Source: Patescibacteria group bacterium
Lineage (GTDB): Bacteria; Patescibacteriota; Dojkabacteria; GCA-002793355
Length of the DNA stretch: 64,000 bases
Direction: 5' to 3'
NCBI GenBank assembly: GCA_016860985.1
Contig: BOKM01000001.1
Coordinates: forward strand, 527,462 to 591,461
A program made the position numbers and the translations under genes. A model generated the notes under the pieces. That model saw only the letters and a program-made list of their open reading frames with translations, was not told the origin of the DNA and searched no databases. This document shows positions 17,721 through 27,639 of this stretch, in pieces (the first letter of the stretch is position 1; every line of letters starts with the position of its first letter).

Positions 17721-20408
17721 ATGAGTCTACACGCCCCATTTTTAGTAAAACAATATTTATCGAGTGACGTCGAAAGTGGAAGTTATTCCCGAATCTTTTG
17801 GTATTATCCTTTGGAAGCGGGTTCTGCACTTAAGGGCGGTATTGGTCTTTTCTTTGAGGTCGTAAGCGGTGAGTTGAATGATGATCAGGTTTACGAGCAG
17901 GTCGTAAAGCGTTTTTGGGAAAGTTTCAAGGACAACTTTTATGTTGAAGGGTTCGAGCAGGCACTAAAAAAATCGGTAAAGATGTTTATTCAGATGCTTC
18001 GAAACTTCGGGGTAGAAGAAGGGCTTGACGTCAACATCTCATTATTAAACGTTGTTGAGTCTGGTAAGGGATATATGCTTAAGCTCATTAGTTTTGGAGA
18101 TTCGGATATTTTTGTCGTAAGAGAGGGAAAATTCGCAGATATGGGGAAAATGGTTCCCAAAAATGAATCGCTATATGACCTAAAGTTTTTGGAAGTTGAG
18201 CTTGATAAGGGAGATGTATTACTTCTGGGCAACAAATCACTCCTCCGCAATGCTTTTGAGAATGACCTACTTGAAATGCAAGCAGTGGACAAACTTCTTG
18301 ATTCTTTAGAAAACTTTAAAGAGAACCTATTTGGTAGTAACAAGCTTTTTCTTGTTGCTGCTACCGATTTGCCAGCAGAAAAGATAGAAAAGGGAAGTGT
18401 TGCTCTTCAACAAACTAAAAAAGTGCTCTCTGGCGTTGGCGCAGTGTTGAAAAAAACGGGACTAAAGCTTTCCGTCGCCTTAAGTGGTTTGATGGGAGCA
18501 ATAAAAGAGAGGCAGCTAAAGCAACCCTTACAATCGGTTATCAAACCTAACGATACACCTCCTATTTGGTCAAACAAAATGAATGAAGAAGACGCTGCAG
18601 TTATTGATATTGAGCCAAATGAGGAGCCGGAAACCGAAACAGAGGTCGTCGCAGAGGTGCCTGTAGAGAACCTTGAAGATGAAGCCCCAGCCATTGTGCG
18701 CCAAGTTGTTCCCCCACCAATTGAAGAAGAGCCTGAAATAGTCTTGGATAGTTCTGATGTGAGTGACGAAAAAGCAGATGACATTCAACATATTGTTGAT
18801 CCAGTAGATGTGTTACCCGGAAAAGATGTAAGTGTTGAAGATTTTGTAGTTGCCGAAGAAATCACTCCATCAATGAAAGTAGAAAAAAGCGAATACAAAG
18901 AAATTGTTACTGATGCACTCGAGAATCTTGAGGAAGAACCGGTTGCAGCAACTCCTCGTCGATATGTAGAGTCGCCATCTCTTCCGGTAAAAGGGAAAGA
19001 TTATGTAAATGAATTGCGTGCAAGACACTCGCCTTTAGGCAAAATTAAGCGACATCCAGTTACAAAAGCGTTCTTTGCTGGTGTGTCAGCAATACTTGGT
19101 GGGCTCTGGCAAAAGTTTCTAAAAATTATTGGTAAAGAACACCTGGCAAAAGAGCAAAAACTCTTTTTAACAAGACCTTCTGCACTTGGAAATTCAGCAA
19201 AAAGAGTTCCTCCAGGGTTTTACATTATCTTCTTCTTGTTGTTAATTGGTATCTTTCTGTGGGTAAAATCCACTCTTGCTCAAAAGAAGCTGGAGAAAGA
19301 GGTGCTGGCTACTTATCAAGCTCAAGTTGCACTCTTTTCGACATTCTATGAACGTAATATCGAAATAATTGATACCGAAGATACTGAGCGTCAACTAGAA
19401 CTGTGCTCACCTGAAGCTCAGAAAGTGTACTCAAAAGAGAAAGATCTTTTAACAAAAGTGAAATCAGAAGAGTCAATTACTCTTATTAATGAATTAACGA
19501 GTCAGGTAAGATCAAAAGAAGCTGCGTGTAAAAGCAAGTATGACAAAATCTACGGAATCGTAAGAGTAAAGGATGCTGAGCTTTTGACTGATTTTAAAGT
19601 ATCGCTTGGGAATGACTCAAATATTTCTGCAATTTCCCTACGCGGAAGTTCCATCGTAGTCGCAGATAAAGGGAGAAAAGCGGTGTACCAGATTAATGTC
19701 GAAACTAAAGGCGTAACAAAGTTAGAGGATCCGCTCGGGCTTGTTGTTGAGCCAATTATTGTTGGGACTGGCGAAGGAACTTTGTTTGTATGTGATAAAG
19801 TGAATGGAGTTCTGTACTACTCTAAAAATGCAGTTGGTAACAACGAAGGGTTTAATCGGGTAGTCGGAGCAGAACCAACCTCCATTGGGGAATGCGCGTA
19901 TGTAGATGGGTATGCGCAAAATGCATATATTGTTCCCACGACTGCGAATGTTGTGTATAAAATCACTGCCAAAAAGGCAGGTGGATTTGAGGTCCCAACT
20001 CGCTATATGTCTGACTTGCAGGGGGTGAAGTCCATTAGTATCGATGGTCACATTTATGTTGTTTCGAGTGTTGGTGGGAAAGGAAGTGTAAGCCGATATC
20101 TTGGAGGAAAACTTGATACTTTCTCAATTCCACAGAGTGCGGAATTGGGGGAACTCGGCGCGTCCTATACAAATCCTTCTGGTGAACGAAACTTATACGT
20201 GTACGACAAAACTAAAAATGCAGTACTCTCGATTGAAAAGCCGAACTCAAAGCATCCGGGAAGGGGCATAGTCGAAAAAACATATTTGTTTGAAAATCAG
20301 GACAAGTTTAATGACGTGAAGTCGTTTGTAATCGATTTGAATGTTAGAAACCAAGAAGTAAATATGTATGTACTTTCTGGTACAACCATCTGGAAGGTAA
20401 AACTTTAG
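17721..20408 (+). CDS. Large bitopic membrane protein: degenerate PP2C-like N-domain, acidic linker, TM helix, C-terminal beta-propeller
   Basis: FGDSDIFVVREG and ELDKGDVLLLG resemble PP2C motifs; E/P/D-rich linker; TM near aa 500; IVVAD/LFVCD/LYVYD propeller blades. Confidence 0.65.
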   Translation: MSLHAPFLVKQYLSSDVESGSYSRIFWYYPLEAGSALKGGIGLFFEVVSGELNDDQVYEQVVKRFWESFKDNFYVEGFEQALKKSVKMFIQMLRNFGVEEGLDVNISLLNVVESGKGYMLKLISFGDSDIFVVREGKFADMGKMVPKNESLYDLKFLEVELDKGDVLLLGNKSLLRNAFENDLLEMQAVDKLLDSLENFKENLFGSNKLFLVAATDLPAEKIEKGSVALQQTKKVLSGVGAVLKKTGLKLSVALSGLMGAIKERQLKQPLQSVIKPNDTPPIWSNKMNEEDAAVIDIEPNEEPETETEVVAEVPVENLEDEAPAIVRQVVPPPIEEEPEIVLDSSDVSDEKADDIQHIVDPVDVLPGKDVSVEDFVVAEEITPSMKVEKSEYKEIVTDALENLEEEPVAATPRRYVESPSLPVKGKDYVNELRARHSPLGKIKRHPVTKAFFAGVSAILGGLWQKFLKIIGKEHLAKEQKLFLTRPSALGNSAKRVPPGFYIIFFLLLIGIFLWVKSTLAQKKLEKEVLATYQAQVALFSTFYERNIEIIDTEDTERQLELCSPEAQKVYSKEKDLLTKVKSEESITLINELTSQVRSKEAACKSKYDKIYGIVRVKDAELLTDFKVSLGNDSNISAISLRGSSIVVADKGRKAVYQINVETKGVTKLEDPLGLVVEPIIVGTGEGTLFVCDKVNGVLYYSKNAVGNNEGFNRVVGAEPTSIGECAYVDGYAQNAYIVPTTANVVYKITAKKAGGFEVPTRYMSDLQGVKSISIDGHIYVVSSVGGKGSVSRYLGGKLDTFSIPQSAELGELGASYTNPSGERNLYVYDKTKNAVLSIEKPNSKHPGRGIVEKTYLFENQDKFNDVKSFVIDLNVRNQEVNMYVLSGTTIWKVKL

Positions 20409-20450
20409 AGCCCCCCCGGTCAGTTATTTTGCGGTATAATTGCATAATCT

Positions 20451-20912
20451 ATGAAAATCGTTTCAAAAAACAAAAAAGCGACCTTCGACAACGAGATAAT
20501 CGAGCGGTATGTAACGGGAATTATACTTAGTGGTGCGGAAGTAAAGTCAATAAAGCAAGGGCAAGCTAAACTGGACGGCGCATACGTCTTTGTAAATCCA
20601 CATGGTGCAATTTTGCGTAACGCAATTGTTCCCGTTTGGGCACATGCGAATACAACAACGAAAAATGGATATGTACCTGATCGAGATAGGCGCCTTTTAC
20701 TTACAAAAAAACAATTACTTGAACTCTCAACGAAAAGAAAGGAACTGAAAGCGCAAGTCGTTCCTGTGGTTTTGGGTGTTGAGAACAATCTTGTTAAGTT
20801 AGAAATCGCACTTGCACGTTCATTAAAGAAATTCGATAAAAAGAACCGCCGAAAAGAGCGTGAAGAAAAGTTAAAGATACAAAGGCTTGCGAAAACAGTT
20901 GAGGTTAGGTAG
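20451..20912 (+). CDS. smpB: SsrA-binding protein
   Basis: NKKA, GIILSGAEVKSIK, RRLLL and basic C-terminal tail. Confidence 0.95.
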   Translation: MKIVSKNKKATFDNEIIERYVTGIILSGAEVKSIKQGQAKLDGAYVFVNPHGAILRNAIVPVWAHANTTTKNGYVPDRDRRLLLTKKQLLELSTKRKELKAQVVPVVLGVENNLVKLEIALARSLKKFDKKNRRKEREEKLKIQRLAKTVEVR

Positions 20913-20978
20913 TTTGCTCCAATTTATTCAAAGGTTTGTAGACTACGCTGTAATGTAAAATCTCTGCTACAATGACAA

Positions 20979-21497
20979 ATGAATCAGCCGGGCGTTACAA
21001 TTCCTGAACAACAAGAAAATGCTCTGTCCGCAGTTAATGAAATTCCTTCGTATCCTATTGAGCCAGAGGCGTATGTACCAGAAGCTCCTTACGTACCTCA
21101 AATGATCGAGCGTCCGGTAACTCCTGTTGTAGAACAGCAAAGAACCCCCTCTTCGCAAGAGCTTTACAATGTTCCAGAGCATCAACACATTCCAGAAAGT
21201 AAGATGCCAGAATTGCAAACGCAATTACGACCAGAAACAACGCGTTCGGGTGAAAAGATTTTTGTTAATCCTGAATTAGGGCAATCTACCTTTAAGGGTG
21301 GGGTGAGCTCTTCACAGTTAGTAAGTAGGGTTGCGGGGTATTACACGGTGCAACAAGGGCTTATATCTGATCCAAAATCCGGACTACTCCAGCAAACTGC
21401 CACAACTGGAGATCCTGCGAGTGCCTCTACCTGGCAGGCAACAATTTTGTACAAGATTCTGCAAGCTTTTTGGAATATATTAGGGATAAATTCCTAA
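20979..21497 (+). CDS. Hypothetical protein, P/E/Q-rich N-terminus
   Basis: 172 aa ORF with TACAAT 5 nt upstream; C-terminal helix GDPASASTWQATILYK. Confidence 0.65.
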   Translation: MNQPGVTIPEQQENALSAVNEIPSYPIEPEAYVPEAPYVPQMIERPVTPVVEQQRTPSSQELYNVPEHQHIPESKMPELQTQLRPETTRSGEKIFVNPELGQSTFKGGVSSSQLVSRVAGYYTVQQGLISDPKSGLLQQTATTGDPASASTWQATILYKILQAFWNILGINS

Positions 21498-21535
21498 TTA
21501 CCAAAAGTCATTAATTCTCTGTTATACTAACGAAT

Positions 21536-24001
21536 ATGAGACTGTCTTACTTATCTCAATTTTCGTTTTCCACCACACCGACGGCGTATTATACAGGTGA
21601 TTTGCAGGTCTCTTCTGAGCAAACTATCTTACTTGTTTTGCTTGGAGTAATACTTCTTGGAGTTGTACTCGTCGTGCTTGTTTTTTTGTATTATGCAAAA
21701 ATTATTCGGCACCAAGATCGCGAGCAGAAGGCTCTTTCGTATTCAATGTATATTGTGCGTTGCCCCTATGACAATGAAGTTCCAATAAAAGCAGCTGAGC
21801 AAATGTTCTCAAGTATCTACGGGCTTTACAAAAAAAAGAAATTTTTCCAAAAATTGATGAATTCAGACGAAGGAATTAGTTTCGAAATTATTGCATATCC
21901 AGAACATATTGGCTTTTATGTGTATACGCCAAAACGTTTTGGAACCCTAATCGAAAAGATGGTACTTGGAACGTATCAAAATGCAGAAGTAGTAGAAGTT
22001 CCCGAGCCAAACTTCTTTAAAGAAGGAAGTAGTGTTGTTGCGGGTACTTTTGAGTTGGCTGAAATAAACTATCAGCCGCTAAAAACCTATGCGGATTATG
22101 AAGACAAATCGGATCCATTAACCTCGGTTGCGGGAGCTTTTGCTAATATGGTAGACGGAGAAGGTGGTGCCTTGCAGTTACTTATTGTGCCAGCAGACAT
22201 GAAATGGTCAAAAGGTGGACAAAAATATGTGCAAAAGATTAATGAGAATAATATGGCCGCTCCAGACAAAGAGGGCAAAAGCAAGCCAAAAACATTTGTT
22301 GCACAAGAAAAACTCAATGCGATTACAAAAAAATCCTCAAAGGTTGGTTTTAATACGTACGTGCGAATGGTTATGTCTGGTCCCTCTGAGGAGTATGCAA
22401 TGTCACGTCTGAATACCCTCGCCAGCTCTTTTGCACAGTTCACAAACCCAGGGCTGAATGCATTAAAGTTTAAGCGAGTTGAGGGTGGAAAATTACGGTC
22501 ATTTATGACCGATTTCGTATACAGAAAAGTTTCAGACAAGGGGGCCATTGTATTGAATGCGGAAGAATTAGCAACGATTTATCATTTTCCTAATAAAAAT
22601 GTAAAAACTCCAAACATTGAATGGTTGTACGCTAAAAAGGCACCACCTCCACCTAATCTTCCTAACGCTGGAACGTGGATTGGTGGTTCCGTATATCAAG
22701 GCATTCGTAGGGAAGTGTTTGTAAGTAACGACGACCGTCGTCGACACATGTACATTGTGGGGCAAACAGGTACCGGAAAGTCGTATGCATTAACGGACCT
22801 CGCGATGCAGGATATTTACGCAGGCAATGGTATCGCCTTTCTTGACCCACACGGCTCGGCAATTGCAGAAATTATGAGAAGAATTCCACCTGAACGCGCA
22901 GAAGATGTTATTTATTTCAACGCTGCAGATACAGAACGCCCTCTCGGCATGAATTATCTTGAGCATCGAAATATTTTTGAACGACATGAAATAGTTAACG
23001 GATTTCTTGGACTTATGCATAAGATGTACGATCCGCACGATCAAGGTATTGTAGGCCCACGATTTGAACGAGCTGTAAGAAACGCGATGTTGACTGTCAT
23101 GACCGAACCAAACAGTACGTTTATTGAAGTATTGCGCGCTATAACTGACGAAAAATTCGCGCTTTCTTTTATGGATAAGGTAGATGACGATGAAGTCCGC
23201 AATTATTGGCTTGTCGAAATGGCAAATACAGAGCAACGTGAAAAATCCGAAATTTTGGGGTGGTTAACCTCCAAGTTTGACCGGTTTACCACAAACCTGT
23301 TAATTCGACACATTATTGGACAAAGCAAATCATCCTTCGATTTTAGAGATGTAATGGATAACCGAAAGATTCTTTTAATTAACCTTTCTAAAGGCTTGAT
23401 TGGGGAGCAAAATGCACAATTCTTAGGGCTTTTAATTATTCCAAAAATTCTCAGAGCCGCCTTAAGTAGAGAAGACATGCCAGAGGCAGAGCGAAAAGAT
23501 TTCTATCTTTATGTTGACGAGTTTCAGAATTTTGCAACTGAAGATTTTGCTCAGATTCTTTCAGAAGCTCGTAAGTATCGTTTAGATTTAATAGTCGCAA
23601 ACCAATACATCAACCAGATGACCGAACAAGTGAGAAATGCAGTCTTTGGTAATGTCGGTACTTTAATGTCTTTTCGTGTTGGTGCAACAGATGCTGAGTA
23701 TCTTTCAAAAGAATTTGCCCCTGTTTTTCAGCAACAAGATTTGATTAGGCTTGAAAATGCGAATGTTTATATCAAAACACTCGTAAATGGTGTCGCTACT
23801 TCTCCGTTTTCAATGAGCACTTTTTATAATATGGATCAGCGATACCCAAGGCAAGACAAAACGAGCGAGTTAATCAAACAGCTTTCCCGAGTTCGGTATG
23901 GTCGAGATGTCAACTATATTCGTGAAGAGATTCGAATGAGAACTAGCCGCCCTGGTGTTGAACCAGCAAAACCAAAGAGTGGATTTGGCGGATTCTTTTA
24001 G
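21536..24001 (+). CDS. VirD4/TraD-like (HerA/FtsK superfamily) coupling ATPase
   Basis: N-terminal TM; RRRHMYIVGQTGTGKS Walker A; LDPHG; LYVDEFQNF Walker B; EARKYRL; ANQY; GNVGT. Confidence 0.9.
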   Translation: MRLSYLSQFSFSTTPTAYYTGDLQVSSEQTILLVLLGVILLGVVLVVLVFLYYAKIIRHQDREQKALSYSMYIVRCPYDNEVPIKAAEQMFSSIYGLYKKKKFFQKLMNSDEGISFEIIAYPEHIGFYVYTPKRFGTLIEKMVLGTYQNAEVVEVPEPNFFKEGSSVVAGTFELAEINYQPLKTYADYEDKSDPLTSVAGAFANMVDGEGGALQLLIVPADMKWSKGGQKYVQKINENNMAAPDKEGKSKPKTFVAQEKLNAITKKSSKVGFNTYVRMVMSGPSEEYAMSRLNTLASSFAQFTNPGLNALKFKRVEGGKLRSFMTDFVYRKVSDKGAIVLNAEELATIYHFPNKNVKTPNIEWLYAKKAPPPPNLPNAGTWIGGSVYQGIRREVFVSNDDRRRHMYIVGQTGTGKSYALTDLAMQDIYAGNGIAFLDPHGSAIAEIMRRIPPERAEDVIYFNAADTERPLGMNYLEHRNIFERHEIVNGFLGLMHKMYDPHDQGIVGPRFERAVRNAMLTVMTEPNSTFIEVLRAITDEKFALSFMDKVDDDEVRNYWLVEMANTEQREKSEILGWLTSKFDRFTTNLLIRHIIGQSKSSFDFRDVMDNRKILLINLSKGLIGEQNAQFLGLLIIPKILRAALSREDMPEAERKDFYLYVDEFQNFATEDFAQILSEARKYRLDLIVANQYINQMTEQVRNAVFGNVGTLMSFRVGATDAEYLSKEFAPVFQQQDLIRLENANVYIKTLVNGVATSPFSMSTFYNMDQRYPRQDKTSELIKQLSRVRYGRDVNYIREEIRMRTSRPGVEPAKPKSGFGGFF

Positions 24002-24105
24002 GAGTTCAAAAGTTAATACGTTGTGATAAAGTAGTTGCCTTTTTATAGTTGATTACGTGGGGGTGAATTGATACACTGAATGTACAATAATATGCTTCAA
24101 TTAGT

Positions 24106-27100
24106 ATGAATTTTTTTAAACTGCCTGTGTCAAAACGTTTACTCTTCTTTTCTTTTGTTCTTTCCTCCTTGCTGTTGGTTTTGCCTTCAGTAAAGCGGGT
24201 TTCTGCATCGGTTTCTTTTTTTCAATCGGCGTGGTCTGTTGGCTCAAACGGAACAACAACGTCACAGGTTAAGTTCCCTCTAGGTATTGCTGTAGATGGG
24301 AGTGGAAATGTATTTATTGCAGACACAAACAATCACCGAGTGAAAAAACTCGCAAATGCGAATGGGGCATATATTGCACACCTTGGAGGAACATCTTCAG
24401 GAACGGGATCCTCTCAGTTTAAAAATCCTGCAGGTATTGCGGTAGACGCGAGTGGTAACGTATATGTCGCCGATACGGGAAATCACAGAGTGCAAAAACT
24501 CACTAACGCGCTGGTATACTCCTCTACAATTGGAACCACACCGTTAACATCGGGTACAGGAAATGGACAGTTTTCTTCTCCAGCTGGTATTGCAGTAGAT
24601 TCTAGCGGAAATATCTATGTATCTGATACAGGAAACAACCGTATTCAGATATTTAATAGTAGCGGAACATATGTTTCTCAGTTTGGATCAAGTGGCACAG
24701 GTAATGGTCAATTTAGTGGGCCACGTGGAATTGCCGTAGATTCTAGCGGAAATATTTATGTTGCAGATACTGGAAACCACCGTATTCAAAAGTTCGATAG
24801 CAACGGGACGTTTGTAGCAAAATACGGAACAGGCACAAACGCGCTTACGTTTGGGGGAAGCGTAACCGCAGCAGCTTTTGGAACCTTCAGTTCGCCATAT
24901 GATATTGCTGTTGGAAATGACGGCACAATGTATATTGCAAATTATGCCCCGGCTGTTTCTACGCAAGGAAGTATTCAGCGAGTTGCAAGCGATGGTACCT
25001 TTATGATGCCGATTACAGGGCTTACAAACCCCGGAGGCGTAGAAGTCGATTCAAGTGGGAATGTCTACACAAATATCTCATGGTTGTATCAAACTGCGAA
25101 ATATACGCCAACTACGACCACTTACCAAATTTCGAATCTTCCTGTGAATTTAGATGTGATTGATACTGGGTTTGGTCCAAATGTTGAGGCCGGTAATGGT
25201 AGCGGACTTAACTCTGCAACAGCACCGCTTCGATTAAAAACTTCTGCAGGTCTTGCTCTTAGTGATGTGGTAACGAATCTTACTGCAGATAGAGATTGGA
25301 GCGGAGTAAGTGGAGATAGCGATAGGGCAAGTGGAAAGTCTGTGGTAAGTGGAGTTGTTAGTGCTGCAGGTGCTTCTGCAACTCATACACTCTATGTCCC
25401 AATTCCTGAATTTAAGACAAGCTTGTCTGTATATATTTGTCCCGATGCAACAGTAATGGGCGATGTTTCTACTTCTTGTACTAATGGAGTAAAGCGTGGG
25501 GTTGGAAGCTATACAGAATCCTTTGGAAATATTGTTGTTAGCCAAGTAAAAGATCTTGGAGACAATGTTACGTATTGGAAAATTACCGGCATGACGGGGT
25601 CCGGTGGGGTCGCAGATGACATTGTGACCTTTAGTGGAAATGGTTCAGGAACTGTTGAGGATCCATATGAAATTACAACCTGTGCGCAATTTCAGTCAAT
25701 GAAAGATTTGCGTAACATGCATTTCGAAATAATGAATTCGATTGATTGTTCAGAGACCACAACGTGGAATGCCGGAAAAGGGTTTATTCCAGTTGGCGCA
25801 ACAGCGATTGAACCGTTTACTGGTTCTTTAGTTGGGAACGCTGCTTACACAGTATCAGGAATCTATATGCAGATAACTAACCTTACGGCTGTTAATGGTT
25901 TTGGCGTTTTCGGATATACCCAAAATGCAACTTTTTCGCAGATTCATATTACAAATATTTTGATAGAGAAAGGAGGGTATGATTCAGATTCGGTTGGTGG
26001 ACTTATTGGAGCAATGTCTGGCGGTTCAATTACTCAAAGCTCAGTAACTGGAGCTATTACGCAAACCTCTGGAGATCAAGATATTGATGGCGCATGGGTG
26101 GATAGATATGGCGGAATGATAGGTCTTGCGAGTGGTGATGCCCAAATTACATTTGTTACTGCGGATGTGGATATCACTTTATTAAGTGGAAACGAAGGTA
26201 TTGGTGGGCTCGTTGGTGAAACGCGAGACACTGTTGTTATCGAAGACTCAAGTGCTGCAGGTACGATTCATGTTAGCTATAACGCGTATCAGGTCGGTGG
26301 CTTTATTGGTTGGCAACTTGGGAATACACAAATAGCAAGGTGTTTTTCAACTGGTGAGGTTAGAGCCGGTATCGGATCACCTCTTAATACTGGCGACAAT
26401 TATGACATTGGTGGTTTTGTAGGAGGACTCGGAGGAGCTCCTGCACTTCCTATTGTGTCGGCAAGTATTACTGATAGTTATTCCACCGGACATGTGATTG
26501 TTGATGGAAATGATAACTACGACGTGGGTGGATTTGTTGGAACACTATATGACGGAGGAACCATTACAAATGCCTACACTACCGGTAATGTTACGGTAAC
26601 GAATGATTCCAATAATGCTGTTGGTGGATTTGTGGGATTGACACGACAGAGGTTTACGAACTCAACCCCAACCATTTCAAACTCATATGCAACAGGTGTT
26701 ATAACGACATCTTTTGATGCATATGATATTGGTGGCTTTGTTGGTGAACATCGCAATGGAATTATTACAACGTCTCACAGTACTGGTAACATCAATATAT
26801 CCACCGCAGGGTATGAAACTGAATACTCGTATGGGATCGGAGGTTTTGCAGGAGTAATGGGGGCAGCCACGGTGTCGAGAAGTTATTCTACCGGAAACAT
26901 TGTTACAGTAGGATATTCCTCTAGTGTTGGTGGCTTTGTTGGTACAATGGCAACATATACCGTTGGGGTTCAGTCGCTTATTGAACAATCGTACAGTACA
27001 GGAAACGTAACAGGTTATGAATCTCTTGGTGGTTTTGTGGGCTATATGAACCATGGAACTAACGGCGGAGGAGAAATTATTCGCAATTCCTACAGTTTTG

Positions 27101-27639
27101 GTAATGTAACAAGTTACACTGACTATGCAGATACAGATGCAGGTGGATTTGCAGGTTATACGAAACAAGTAACGATTCAAAACTCATATAGTTTGGGATC
27201 GGTAACTATGGCGCTTCCCTCAATAAACGCGGGTGGTTTTCTTGGAAGTTATCTTTCGAGCACTGTGACCAACTGTTATTGGAATACCGAAACAAGTGGC
27301 CTTGCTACTTCAGCACTTGGAACGGGGTTAACGACTGCACAATTAAAGAATAAATTGTTGCTGGGCTGGGATTTTATTGGGGTATGGAGTAGCGACCCTA
27401 GCTACAACAATGGATATCCAGCCTTCGTATTCGCACATGCCAACCCTGTAGGAGCAAGTTCTAGTGCGGCACCAACGGTAGTAACTTTCTCAACCGATAT
27501 TGCCACAAATAATGGTTTTGATTATCCACAAGGAATGGCAGTTGACAGTAATAGCAACCTCTATATTGCTGATACATATCAGAACCTAATAAAGAAGTTT
27601 GATGCAAGTGGAAATCTCGTCACGACGTGGGCACGTTAG
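24106..27639 (+). CDS. Giant secreted surface protein, N-terminal part: NHL propeller, Cys-containing domain, GLUG-type repeats (frameshifted relative to next ORF)
   Basis: Signal peptide; repeated PxGIAVDSSGNIYVADTGNHRIQ; GSGTVEDPYEI; many VGGFVG / SYSTGNV repeats; ends in the middle of an NHL repeat. Confidence 0.85.
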   Translation: MNFFKLPVSKRLLFFSFVLSSLLLVLPSVKRVSASVSFFQSAWSVGSNGTTTSQVKFPLGIAVDGSGNVFIADTNNHRVKKLANANGAYIAHLGGTSSGTGSSQFKNPAGIAVDASGNVYVADTGNHRVQKLTNALVYSSTIGTTPLTSGTGNGQFSSPAGIAVDSSGNIYVSDTGNNRIQIFNSSGTYVSQFGSSGTGNGQFSGPRGIAVDSSGNIYVADTGNHRIQKFDSNGTFVAKYGTGTNALTFGGSVTAAAFGTFSSPYDIAVGNDGTMYIANYAPAVSTQGSIQRVASDGTFMMPITGLTNPGGVEVDSSGNVYTNISWLYQTAKYTPTTTTYQISNLPVNLDVIDTGFGPNVEAGNGSGLNSATAPLRLKTSAGLALSDVVTNLTADRDWSGVSGDSDRASGKSVVSGVVSAAGASATHTLYVPIPEFKTSLSVYICPDATVMGDVSTSCTNGVKRGVGSYTESFGNIVVSQVKDLGDNVTYWKITGMTGSGGVADDIVTFSGNGSGTVEDPYEITTCAQFQSMKDLRNMHFEIMNSIDCSETTTWNAGKGFIPVGATAIEPFTGSLVGNAAYTVSGIYMQITNLTAVNGFGVFGYTQNATFSQIHITNILIEKGGYDSDSVGGLIGAMSGGSITQSSVTGAITQTSGDQDIDGAWVDRYGGMIGLASGDAQITFVTADVDITLLSGNEGIGGLVGETRDTVVIEDSSAAGTIHVSYNAYQVGGFIGWQLGNTQIARCFSTGEVRAGIGSPLNTGDNYDIGGFVGGLGGAPALPIVSASITDSYSTGHVIVDGNDNYDVGGFVGTLYDGGTITNAYTTGNVTVTNDSNNAVGGFVGLTRQRFTNSTPTISNSYATGVITTSFDAYDIGGFVGEHRNGIITTSHSTGNINISTAGYETEYSYGIGGFAGVMGAATVSRSYSTGNIVTVGYSSSVGGFVGTMATYTVGVQSLIEQSYSTGNVTGYESLGGFVGYMNHGTNGGGEIIRNSYSFGNVTSYTDYADTDAGGFAGYTKQVTIQNSYSLGSVTMALPSINAGGFLGSYLSSTVTNCYWNTETSGLATSALGTGLTTAQLKNKLLLGWDFIGVWSSDPSYNNGYPAFVFAHANPVGASSSAAPTVVTFSTDIATNNGFDYPQGMAVDSNSNLYIADTYQNLIKKFDASGNLVTTWAR

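Noticed and set aside
20913-20978. tmRNA next to smpB
   Set aside because: The gap is only 66 nt and has no tRNA-like ends.
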